DNA from: Euprymna scolopes | Taxonomy: Eukaryota | DNA: 64,000 nucleotides | Direction: 5' to 3' (one strand) | NCBI GenBank assembly: GCA_053919585.1 | Contig: CM132786.1 | Shown: one piece after another, positions 52,481-64,000 of the stretch | How positions within the stretch are numbered: position 1 is the stretch's first letter | Layout: every line of letters begins with the position of its first letter | Notes under the pieces: model-generated | Database searches by the model: none | What the model saw: the letters and a program-made list of their open reading frames with translations, nothing else | What the model was told of the DNA's origin: nothing | Made by a program: the position numbers and the translations under genes

Positions 52481-55400
52481 ATTCTACCTAAATAAGTGTA
52501 ATATCTAATTAATGATTTAATCTGGTGATTAAATCTTCTGTAATTCATTGTCTATCATTTCTAGTGATAGATGTGGAACCTTCATTTTTTATTTGAACGC
52601 TTGTCTTACTGCGTCTTTCAGTTTGAAGTTGGCCTTAGTTTTTGTATGACAACCAAGTTCGACATAAATAGACTCGTAAATCCATTTTTAAATTTATCAC
52701 GCATTTTTCTAAGTTGTTTAACTTTATCCATACCTGATGCATTCAATTTTGTACGAAACATATTTATTTATTTAATCCATAAATTAAAAAGTACGCTCTG
52801 CAGGAAACAGAACAGAGTTTCACAGGCGTACAGTTCTACAAAAGAAGTGGCGTTCATTGAATCTACGTTTAGGTTTAAGTACAGAAAAAGAGTGGGGGAA
52901 ATTATTGTCAGTGGTTTAAGCTAGACGAGTGGTTTTCGTGAAAGTCATCCCAAGGGGACGATAGATTAGAGCTCAGATGGGCACTTGCTATGAAAGTAAC
53001 GGTAAATCGGAGACAGGATAACAACGTCTCTTTTCTGCTATTTTAGCTATTTTGAATTTTGTCAGTCAAAATATTTACACGCTTGAAAAATGAATTTTGT
53101 GTGAGCATGCGCAAAAAGAATTAAAAACATGTTGGCAGGTTGACATCAACATTTCGTATTTCAGCTTGCTGATATATGTCTGCACGCATTATTCATCGAG
53201 CCAAACAAAGATTTACTAGTTATAAACAATCCTGAGGGTATAATTATTATTTTCTGTATATTTTAGGGTTATGTTACTAGTAGTTTAACAGTTTACACGT
53301 TAACTATTTACACCCACATATATCTACAGTTTTATTCATATATACATAGATTAGCATAAATATTGATAGCATCGCACATACAGATTTACCATGTGGGTTT
53401 TTTTTTTTTACTTTTGCTCCAAACAAATTTTCTATATACGTTTATGTTTATTTTTGTTCTTAATCTCAACTGAAAAAAATATTTATAAATTGTAATGTAT
53501 ATTGACTAATATATAAATCAATTAGCTATTATGGTTTAGATTAATTGACAATTATTCAGTTATTTATATAATTTTAAATTCAAGACAATAACGTTGTACA
53601 AATGTTTAAAAAATGTTAATAACCTATGTCATTTATATTCGTCATAATGAAATAGAATAGTGAAATATTTTATTAATAAGGAAACAAAAATATTAATTAA
53701 TGACCTGCTAAGATAAGCAGCTTGGGAGAAATTAAAGCATTTTAACGTACACTTATTCTTTCTTTTTATTTATTTATCGACTTGATAAGTAAATGTTAAT
53801 TTCAAACCAAAATTCGAACGTTTTCGTTACATCTTTACTTAATTCAAATATTTTAATATTTTTATTTTAATTAAATAGTTGAAGCAAAATGATATTTTCC
53901 ATTTTTTTTTGGATATGCATTGTTATATAAAATAATAATTGCAGTGTTTACATTATATTTTGGAAGAAGTAGGACTAAGAGAAACAGATTACACTAGAAA
54001 AGAAGGATTTGGTCTAATGGCGAGATCACCTATAAAATAATACACACTTACTGTTCCTACTTGATGGGGGATGTTGCAAAAGAAGCCATTATGTATTAAT
54101 GTTTCGTTTAATCAATAAGATAATTATGTATGAGGACAAGATATTAAAATATATAAAATACAACATTGGAAAATCGGGTATTTCAGCATGTATTGTACTA
54201 ATGTGAGACAAATCCAGCCATTAGTTAAACATGTTATAAAGCAATTCAAGAGTATATTGGAAGGCGTCTCAAAGTAAAAATACGTCCATGATTATAGAAC
54301 ATATGCCAGAAGAGGCTAACATTATTAGACCATAGTATAGTATTTTGAGGGGTACAGTTATACACTCTTAGATTTTAAAACAGATAGCCCAATCCTTTTA
54401 TGAATAAGTTGGTTTTACAAATCCACCAGTAAATTTGTAACATATTGCAGTGTTTTAATAGCTAGCGAGTAAGTTAGCAAGATAAATATGTAGTTTACAT
54501 AGCTTACAGTGGGGAAGTCATGCAGATACAAATTGAATAATTTACAGATGATGTACATATTAATGATAAACAATATAAATCGAACCTAATTAAACGAATA
54601 CAATATTAAAAATATTGACATCAAATGTCAGAGGATGAAGCAGTTTCTAGTTGCGAAAGGAGATCTGTTTTAGTAACAAAATACATTTATTATATAGTTA
54701 CGAGAATCGAATGAGTAAACAGTCAGAGTCAGTGGTGGCGAGAGACGAAAATTCAAACATATTATCTACACAATAGTCAGAGAGATTATGCATGTGAGTG
54801 AAAGAATTTTGCATTGCGGCCGCGATCAATTTTGGGTTTAAAAACTGAAACAAAATTACATGTAAAACTGTGGCAAAATTTATGCCTACTTTTATGTGTT
54901 GACTCTTCTGCACATCAAATTGCCCAGGGACCATAATTCCAGTATCAACAGGACGAGTGTGAATTAACAGCAAAAAGAGGGGTCGTAGAAACACGGTAGA
55001 ATGTACGGCTGTCTATGACTATTTGTTTTATTTTATATGATTACCGAACTATACTTGGCGGCTTAACGTGAATATTTAACAGTTGCTTAGTGTTTGTAAG
55101 TACACGATAAAACTGCACACATTGATAATTTAAACACCTTTATATTTCCAATGCATTCAAATCAAATATATAAGCGTTTTTTTTATTATTTTTAAATTGA
55201 TGCTAATTGGATAAGAGCGTAGTAAGTTTTCTATTTACTGAGATAGTAATTATTATGTTATTCAAAAAGGGAATTCAAAAAAGTGTTTTTTTACAATTAC
55301 ACACGAAGATTAATAATTTAATTTCTACATAAATAGCAATATATTCATATGAATCAGAGGATCAGGAATCGCCTTTTCGAAAATATGGAATGGTTTAAGA

Positions 55401-55914
55401 GTTATGCTAAGGTTCTTACTTGTGTTTGTGAATATGGCTTTAATTTATACTAAGAAAAACTAAAATATAAATCTGTAATGAAAATATATATAATTATGAG
55501 ATTCTTGATTTTTCTTGTTTCTTGCTTACTTGTATATGGTCTTCGAGGATCGGGCGATTCCATAGTTTAAGAAACTGNNNNNNNNNNNNNNNNNNNNNNN
55601 NNNNNNNNNNNNNNNNNNNNNNNNNNNNNNNNNNNNNNNNNNNNNNNNNNNNNNNNNNNNNNNNNNNNNNNNNNNNNNNNNNNNNNNNNNNNNNNNNNNN
55701 NNNNNNNNNNNNNNNNNNNNNNNNNNNNNNNNNNNNNNNNNNNNNNNNNNNNNNNNNNNNNNNNNNNNNNNNNNNNNNNNNNNNNNNNNNNNNNNNNNNN
55801 NNNNNNNNNNNNNNNNNNNNNNNNNNNNNNNNNNNNNNNNNNNNNNNNNNNNNNNNNNNNNNNNNNNNNNNNNNNNNNNNNNNNNNNNNNNNNNNNNNNN
55901 NNNNNNNNNNNNNN

Positions 55915-55989
55915 CGAACCATCTCTAGCACGTGTTGACGAGTTCGAATCTGTCGACTGCTATTAATCGTGATACACACATATATATAT

Positions 55990-56064
<75 letters not shown>

Positions 56065-56131
56065 GGGGGGGTATCACGATTAATACCAGTCGACAGATTC
56101 GAACTCGTCAACACGTGCTAGAGATGGCTCG
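55915..56131. repeat. 61-bp near-perfect inverted repeat around a (CA)n(TA)n core
   Basis: Arms 55915-55975 and 56071-56131 differ at 2 positions by eye. Confidence 0.95.
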
Positions 56132-56909
56132 TTATATATATATATATATATATATATACAAATATGCCTAAGTGATTTCTTGAGTCTTGTCTTCGACGAT
56201 CGGGCAATTTCATCTTTAAAAAAAAGAGATTGCAGGTGAATTTATACGTGTAAAATTTTCTTATAAAATAACTGGAACCTCTTCCTTCAATATTAAGTGG
56301 TTGTAGTGAATTTTATAGGAAATCCTACTCCGGTATATTCACTAATAACAGGATCAATTTATTAATAAATGTGCAAAAGATTATAATTGATAACATCAAC
56401 AACTGCGTTTCTAAGGGTCGAGATGACTCTTTCACGAAGCCATCCAACATTGTGGAAATTCTGAGCAATATCTATGAAAACCTTATTCCGCAGGTCATTA
56501 ATTAAATTTACCATGTAACCACATGGTAATTTATGAAATTGAAGATCTCAATTAATGGTTATTGAACCAGTGCTAATAGAAAAGGGGATGAAATAATAAA
56601 AGTGTTACACATTGATCATCAAATAAATGTGTCTTTATAATAATATTCTCCAAACTAAAAACTAAAAACGCGGTCACCACCCTGTATTAAAGAAGTATCA
56701 GATTTTCATATCACATTTTAAATGAAAAGAAAGAATTTTGGACCGAATCAAACGTTCAGTTTCCAAGGAGAGCAGCATTATCTTTGATAGATGAACCACT
56801 TATTACAGACTATAATGTTTTGTTAGACCTATCTCTATTTTAAGCGATGCTTTTATTGGGAGAAATATAATGAAGTCTAAATATTAACAACTGTTTTAAG
56901 AAAATGATT

Positions 56910-56978
56910 AGTGTCCTCAGCTAGAATCGAAACCAAAACCATTAGCGTTCCAGCCGCATTTCTAGCGATGCTGTTATG
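56910..56978 (-). mobile_element. Degenerate tRNA-derived SINE head
   Basis: GGTTTCGATTCTAGC B-box-like motif preceded by tRNA-like sequence. Confidence 0.3.
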
Positions 56979-57272
56979 GGGGGGGGGATATAATAAAGAT
57001 TAAATATTTACGCAATTTTTCTCATAAAATTTATTTAAAAAATATTTTTAAAATATGTCACGATTTATGGCTCTTATTCCTGGGTAAACTAAGTTCGAAT
57101 AAGTCTTGTTTGATCGCGAATATCACGAGCCAAATGTACCGACAAAATAGATCGAATTGATGGGTTTTTGTGTCACTTATTATCATGAATATTTGCTTGA
57201 AAAGTGGCAGTAAAGTTTGAATCTAAGTACAATTTATTATCGTTTATTATTAATAGAGTATTATCTAATAAA

Positions 57273-57525
57273 ATATGGCAAAATCACATTGACACACGAA
57301 TTCCTTATGTTAAGCGATTTGGAGCTTGGTCGATACTAAAATGAGTGAACATTTGTGAATTCCAGGTGCTGTATATACTCTCTCTATCTCGGCGTTGTTT
57401 TCAGTCATTATTGGGCCTCCTCTTACTACTGAGCCGAAGCACAGCCGATTCAAGAGAGGCGTAGTTAGGATTGCACAACTACTGCCTCACAATCTCATGC
57501 ATAGCTGCCTTTACCGGGGTGTCCA
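57273..57525 (+). mobile_element. 5S rRNA-derived SINE
   Basis: ATATGGCAAAATCACATTGACAC..GTTAAGCG..GAATTCCAGGTGCTGTA; body CGATTCAAGAGAGGCGTAGTTAGGATTGCACAAC matches the 44935-45186 body. Confidence 0.75.
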
Positions 57526-58922
57526 TTGTCTCTTGAGTCTTTACGGAGTCATCTGTCTAATAATATATTAACCCGTTTATTTGTGCAAAATCTGCCATCT
57601 TTATTCCGTGTTAATCCGATTTCGAAACGTTTCTGTTTTATTTTCTTTGATGTTATGGAGGATAAAACTAGTAACTCACAGAAAGGTCTTTGTATCGCAG
57701 CACTTCAGTTTCTTTGGACGGACACATACTTCAAGCAGAATTATGAAACTGACATAACTTGCAACTGTTTATTGCTCTCCTAATGATTTCTTCAGTGTGA
57801 TTCGGAAAACGTGATTAAAGATAACCACTAAAAATTGGGCATTATTTTTACATATCATCGGTAGATTTTACTTGACTGTTTTATCGCATCGTCATTCATA
57901 CATAAATATGATTCGCCGGGAAGATAAACCAATTACGTCATCATGCGAGTGACGTTTCAAAACTAATGTTTCTTACTGTTTTCTCCACATAAATTGATCA
58001 GAAAAGTTTGCAAATTGCATCGTAATGATGACCGAAATTATGTATTCCTGGCATATAAGTTTACTCTTTTCGATGTAGATACTGTTAGCATAGAAATTTA
58101 AAGAATGCAACCCTTACATAGAAATTTTTAAAAAAAAGCAAGCATGCATTAAAAGCAAATATAACTTGCTGATTGTCTGTCTAAAAATCCCAAAGCACAA
58201 AGTCGCTCGTAAACTGTTGAGTTAAAAAAAAAGAAGATTTTACTTTCAGAACTAGCATTGTATGACAAAGCACGCTCCAGGCGAAGTGACCCAGAATGTC
58301 TATGTGAATTCTCAGCAACGGTTTTTAGCCAGGTTGTGTATATGATATATCTGCTTCTAATGCAAGTCAATAGCACAAGTTGATTTCTTTGAAATTATAT
58401 GATGTCAGTATTTGCATCGAAAAGAGGAAACTTACATGTCAGGAATGTATAATTTCGGTCGTCATTACAATGGAGTTTGCAATCTGCTCTGATCAATGCA
58501 ATTTGTTGTGGGCTTGACTAGTCACTATGAAACACACGAGCACGCTCTTTGTATTACGAACGAAAGAGAATATACAGAGATCAACAGTCGTATTACTAAC
58601 GAAAATATTGCGTACTACAAAGTACACATACCACAACGACATTTATTTATACAGTTCGGAAAAGTTCCTATTTCGTGCAAAAACGCACCCCATATAACAG
58701 TAAAAATAGTAAGCTTTACTTTTAGAGAAGCCCTCGTATTTTCATTGTACAGATATTTCTACTTCATCCGACGAATAAAAATAGTAAGTATTACAGAGTA
58801 GATTATGTATAAAACAATTAATACATGATTTGATAAGTATATTTTATTTTCATCAAAAAGAGTATAATAGGATTGTGGCGTTGTCATCATAAATTTACAT
58901 AATAAGAAAGGGCTAAGTCCTA

Positions 58923-59483
58923 TGTAGACGTAACTTAAAGTGACATGGACTTTAGGTAAGCCTTCAAAAACACGTATAATTTTTAGTCAAGAATCGGAAG
59001 TGAGAACGTGCAGCTGCAGTAAGAGTTTAGAGAGAAGAGATAGAGAGACTGTCGAAATATGGTGATGGCTCATAGTAGAGGAGATAAGAAGGCGTTCGTC
59101 TAGGACCAGCGTTCCAATGTGGAAACATCGGTAAATAAAGTTGCTGAAAAGGCAACTCGATATTTGTTTATTCATCCTTTCGATTATAATTCTGTTTTAT
59201 TTTATATTATTATCTTTGCAGCTTTTCTGTGGATCAATCAAACAAGATAAAAGACGGACAAAGTATGTTTTCCGATTTGCACGATCTTACAACCGAAGAA
59301 AACTTTTATTTGCTCTTTTCCGTTGTAATTGTTACATGTTCGTTGTTAAACTGTATCTATTCATTTATGGATGCATGTATATATCAACACTGCTGTAAGT
59401 GTTATACATGCATCAATTAAACAATAGAAAAACTAGAAAGAGGAACACACGTATACAAACGTGTCATAATGATGTTTGTAACA
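58923..59483 (+). mobile_element. Possible solo LTR
   Basis: TGT...ACA ends, TATA-like motif, purine-rich body; no TSD confirmed. Confidence 0.25.
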
Positions 59484-60034
59484 CGTATATACAAACGTAT
59501 ATCTATTCATTAGAATAGCGTTTTATACAACTAGACGATAGACGATTTCAGATACATTACATAATATATACCTCACTCAATGTTATTCAGAATTTCCGAC
59601 ATACGACTCTGATATCTCCATGGCTATGTGCTATAATCTTCCAGGACAAGGACAAAATAAAGAAGTAGGTTCGTCATATTTATTTATAATCCCTTATTTT
59701 TAGAAATTAAATAAAGATGAAGAAACGGTTACAGTAGAAAGCTTTCTAAGTATAGACTACTAAAAGAACATATATTACGCTTTTATGCATTTACATACAC
59801 AAACAGATAACCACAGATTTAAATGACTGTCGCTAAGATAGAATAATAATATCGGTTGTACTTATTCATAAGGCATTTAAAAGGGATAACATGAATAGTT
59901 CATGAGTCATAAATATTTCACGTCATAAGGTTAAGAGTAATTTATAAAATATAGAAATGTAACATCCAAATAGGCTTTGGCTCATACTTAGGAGGGATTC
60001 AATCTCGCTTCTTGATTATAATAGTGTTTCTAAT

Positions 60035-60071
<37 letters not shown>

Positions 60072-60075
<4 letters not shown>

Positions 60076-60285
60076 TATTAATTATACAGAAGTTCAGAAA
60101 AGCATTGGTATCGTCCGTTTTAAGCCCAACACAACGGGAAACTGTTAATGGTAACATGTAAATAATGTTCAGCTGACGAGAACTGAACATTATTTACGTA
60201 TTACCATTAACGGTTTCCCGTTGTGTTGGGATTGACACCGACAGTACCAATGTTTTTTCTGAACTCCTTATAATTAATAAACAAA
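60072..60285. repeat. About 100-bp-arm imperfect palindrome with about 10-nt loop, flanked by (TA)n
   Basis: TGTTTATTAATTATA..CCCAACACAACGGGAAAC..AATAATGTTCAG / CTGAACATTATT..GTTTCCCGTTGTGTTGGG..TATAATTAATAAACA. Confidence 0.9.
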
Positions 60286-60361
60286 TACTTAGCTCTTATA
60301 TCGAAAAAGATTTACCTTGTAACCGAGCACTTTGTTGGAACTCTTTCCCCAAAATACAGAA

Positions 60362-60413
<52 letters not shown>

Positions 60414-60684
60414 ACCTAATCTATAAAGTTCAGTATGGCAAACTCTTTGGAGAAGTTCTTTGGAAAATTAAATATTTTTGCAAGCATAATATAAAGAAGT
60501 ATTTAACTTTTTTTAGAAAATATTTATTGAAAATGTTGTTACATAATGAAGATATTTTAAATTAATATATTATCACATAAACATTATTGAAACTAGAAAA
60601 ATTATGATAGGATATTGACTCATATATATGCATGTGTATATGTGTGTATGTGGATATATATGTATATGTGTGTATGCGTTTATG

Positions 60685-60717
<33 letters not shown>

Positions 60718-60874
60718 CTGTGTGTCTGTGTGTCTGTGTGTGTGTGTGTGTACCAATGACCATCTTCAGTGACATGTTTGCTTGAGGGTGTGCAAGACTA
60801 AAAAATCCTCTTCGGGCACATGGACTTTCAGTGACTGAGGGAGTGGCAGGTATCTGAAAAGACGCGTTGCAATC

Positions 60875-60927
<53 letters not shown>

Positions 60928-61028
60928 AACATTTTATTTTATTTCCAATGAAACATTGCTTCAGAAATATCAGAATATATATTTTATTTTCTCTATACAA
61001 TAGTAAATGAATAATACTTAGACAATGG

Positions 61029-61073
<45 letters not shown>

Positions 61074-61075
<2 letters not shown>

Positions 61076-61830
61076 TTATAAAATATATATGGCAATTAAG
61101 CTACACTGAATATTTCGCGTTTCAACCACTCTTATGCTTATGCGATAATTTTGTGGAGTTTCATCCACTCTAGGATTCTTCAGGCTTATGCGAGAATTTT
61201 GTGATTGTATACCCACCTTCTGTTGAGTTTTTTTTGCTAGCCAATCAGCTTTCTATTATCCGCCGCACTTTCTAATCAGCCAATGAGCAGGCATTTACAG
61301 GACAAAGGCCCATTTAACATCTGGTCGACCAGTTCCTTTGTGTTTGCTATTTAGCGTAGATATCTAGTGTATTGATTTGTTTTAAATCTAGGTTTAAGTT
61401 TTTTTTAATGTTAGTTTATATATATATATATATATATAAATATGCATGTACATAAACTATCACATACATATATATATGTATATATATATAAATATGCATG
61501 TACATAAACTATCACATACATATATATGTATATATATATATATAAACTAACATAAAAAAAACTTAACCTAGGTTTAAAACAGGTCAAGACACAATATGTC
61601 TACACTAAATAGCAAATACAAAGGAACGGGTCAACCGGAGGTGAAATGGGCCTTTGGCATGTAAGTGGCTGTTACTAGAAAGCTGATTAGCTAACAAAAA
61701 TCTCAATAGAAGCTACGTATATAAAACCCCGAGACAACCAAAAAATTCTCGCATAAGCCTGAAGAATCTTAGAGTGGATGAAACGCGGAATATTTAGTGT
61801 AGCTTAATCGCCATATATAGTTTATAACTT
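61074..61830. mobile_element. Inverted pair of Penelope-type pLTRs around a (TA)n core
   Basis: Arms 61074-61418 and 61540-61830 are diverged reverse complements; reading outward each has CCAAT-like and hammerhead motifs, and the right arm has TATATAAAA. Confidence 0.8.
61754..61806 (+). ncRNA. Type I hammerhead ribozyme
   Basis: Stem I TAAGC/GCTTA, core CTGAAGA, stem II ATCT/GGAT, GAAA, imperfect stem III C-GC..GT-G, GTA triplet 61799-61801. Confidence 0.75.
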
Positions 61831-62617
61831 ACTAACTACCTCTATCTACGTGTTGAGCAGTGTTGAAGTAAATACTTAAAGTTTACGCATAAATTTATAC
61901 TTTCGTATATTAATTTATGTGAGTAAATGAAGTAGTTACTTTTCATATTTGATTTATTAAAATTTCAGTGTATAAATTGAGTGTTAATTTTATACAGTTT
62001 TGCTCACGGAATTGTGGCGCATTGAGTAGATGGGGTAATCGGATAACTAAGGTAACGTTAACTAGGATGATGACACAAAGTTTCCTACCAAAGTAGCTGT
62101 ATGTTATCGTTGACCATTTCTGCCACATGTGTTGGCGTTGTGATGGAGGAAATACACATCTTTGTGATTCATTCGTACTTACTTTTTCTAGCATAATGCA
62201 TAGTATACACCAGTCTATTTCGACGAATACCGTTCGGGTTGTTCGTCGCATTCCATAATAAAACATTTGAAGACATGTCTCCAAATAGAAAGTGTCATCT
62301 TGCACAGTTGCAATAGACAATCTTGCGGTTTTAATGACAGCATCCTAAGGAGACAAACCATATGTTGAACGCTGGAGAGTTTCGTAGAAAATCCACATAC
62401 CTATTCTGCTTAGCACTCGATTGAAAGCACGGAAACGTAGGCTTCCACTCGTTGTCTTTCCGGACACCGACATTGTTTGTAGAATTAACTTGCTTACTTT
62501 GTACGGTTTTCCTGGGAAATGCAGGTGAATTCTAACCGTTTCATCGGAAGCTTTAAACTATCTTGCTGTTAGATAATAGCCGGGCAACACTAGGTAGATG
62601 AATTTAATTTTCAGTTA

Positions 62618-63496
62618 TCTATCTATCTATCTAATTATATATATTATATATATCTCGCGGAGTAAACAACAGTCGGAGCGCGGACCGGACGTGACGTGTA
62701 AGGTGTTTCGGTTTAAGTAAGTTTAGTTGAGTTAGTTCTGAGAAGCCGAGTCCGTCAGATGGGTTAAATAGGTGTCTCCCCATAAAAGAGCGACGGTCTC
62801 CAAACGGATGAAGAGGACCGCCACAAGTCCGAGATCGTCGATTTCACTCCACGATGTGGAAGAGCAGATGCCTGGAAATGAAATAAACTTATAGATAAAA
62901 ACTTACATCGTTTTGTGTGCCTTGCAAACGCGCTTGGTATAGCAGCTCTCCAAGACGTTGGCGAATCCCCCAGACATGGCCAAAAGACAGAAGCGGCCAA
63001 CAGCAGACAGGTACTTCATTATGTGTATACGTATTATATGTTTCACAGAAAAAGGCAAACATGACATCTAGACGAGTGTTAAGTAAATAGACGTTAAGAT
63101 ATCTGATGACAATAGTCTGTTTGATAAGCAATTAGATAACACACGCTTAGATAAGAATGAGAACAAATTACACAACATTGCAAGGTCACAACATGTTTGA
63201 TAGTATTTGATTAATGATTGTCTTCAGCACTATTACAGATCTGCCATCGTTCACTGATGAGACAATCACGGGAGGACAAATTTTTCGATTTGAATTTTTT
63301 AACACCAGCTCCTTTCAGCACGTTCATTCACAGGACTATGCTCGAACGCTTCACTTATGCGATGACTCGGTGCCGCTGCTAATAGGTCCATGTGGATGCT
63401 GTAAAGCAAATAACTCTAAAAAAATGTCTTGACAATTTCCCATCCTTCAAAATGCTGCCCGGGTACGGTACACGTGTTGTTTATAACAGCTGCTAG
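62618..63496 (+). mobile_element. Candidate Helitron with (TCTA)n-stuttered 5' end
   Basis: A|TCTATCTATCTATCTAATTATATAT start and GCTGCTAG|T end; subterminal hairpin weak. Confidence 0.35.
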
Positions 63497-64000
63497 TCCT
63501 GCGTCCGTATATCTTGATTATAAATCATTACTATATCTCTTTCTTATATATTTCCCCTCGAATAAATAGCATGAAATGGATGTAACTTTTTAGTAAAATA
63601 ATACTATTTTGTGTTAATTAATTTTTGGTTTAAATCAACGAAATTCAAAGATATGTTCAGATTTATGTGTATAATACGATTTTGGATGATACTTAAATTC
63701 GTTAGTCTAGGTAGGAACACCATTCCACAGAAATATCTAATAATAGTATTATACATTTCTGTGGAATCGTGTTATTGTTTGTCTATTAATTGGCATTGAC
63801 CTTAAAACCATCCAGCTCTTATAGACTTAATGAAACCTACATAACGATCAACATAACCGCTAATGATTATATTGTCCGATTAATTGAACAAGACATAAAC
63901 GAGAGCATCCGAATTTTCGAATTTAGCTGTTCCGGCGAAAAGATTGGAGATCAGATGTAAACAAGATGATTTTATCAATGTTTTAAAGGCTATAGTAATG

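Noticed and set aside
53960-54995. Minus-strand exon candidates and ORF 54698-54994
   Set aside because: No recognisable protein, non-ATG start, and implied intron at 54031-54051 is too short.
55930-55960. Minimal hammerhead in the inverted-repeat arm (TTGACGAGTTCGAATCTGTC)
   Set aside because: Core deviates (TTGACGA, GAAT) and stem I cannot form.
61943-62600. ORF 61943-62320 and a Helitron-like 3' motif at 62579-62598
   Set aside because: No recognisable domain; hairpin is degenerate and lacks a correctly spaced CTAG.

Overview
AT-rich, repeat-dominated eukaryotic (invertebrate-like, possibly cephalopod; organism is inference) draft scaffold with five N gaps and many (TA)n/(CA)n tracts. 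I recognise no intact host protein-coding gene. Long ORFs are decayed transposon frames or satellite/microsatellite artefacts. Content: R4/Dong-type RLE LINEs, CR1-group LINEs, L1/Tx1-type LINEs, Penelope-like elements with hammerhead ribozyme motifs, two Tc1/mariner fossils, a Gypsy integrase remnant, a 5S rRNA-derived SINE family, and about 10 Helitrons plus a RepHel fossil. Most notable: (1) a spacer-less head-to-tail array of four mutually diverged non-autonomous Helitrons (12385-14260) with exact CTAG|TC junctions, modular end-swapping, stuttered 5' ends and Pol III boxes; (2) a recurring class of palindromic insertions, several of them Penelope-derived, with simple-repeat cores, including one with a complete type I hammerhead, one with a 14-bp target-site duplication, and one whose core is a 15/12-bp frame-preserving satellite. 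All calls are by eye; boundaries of decayed elements are approximate.
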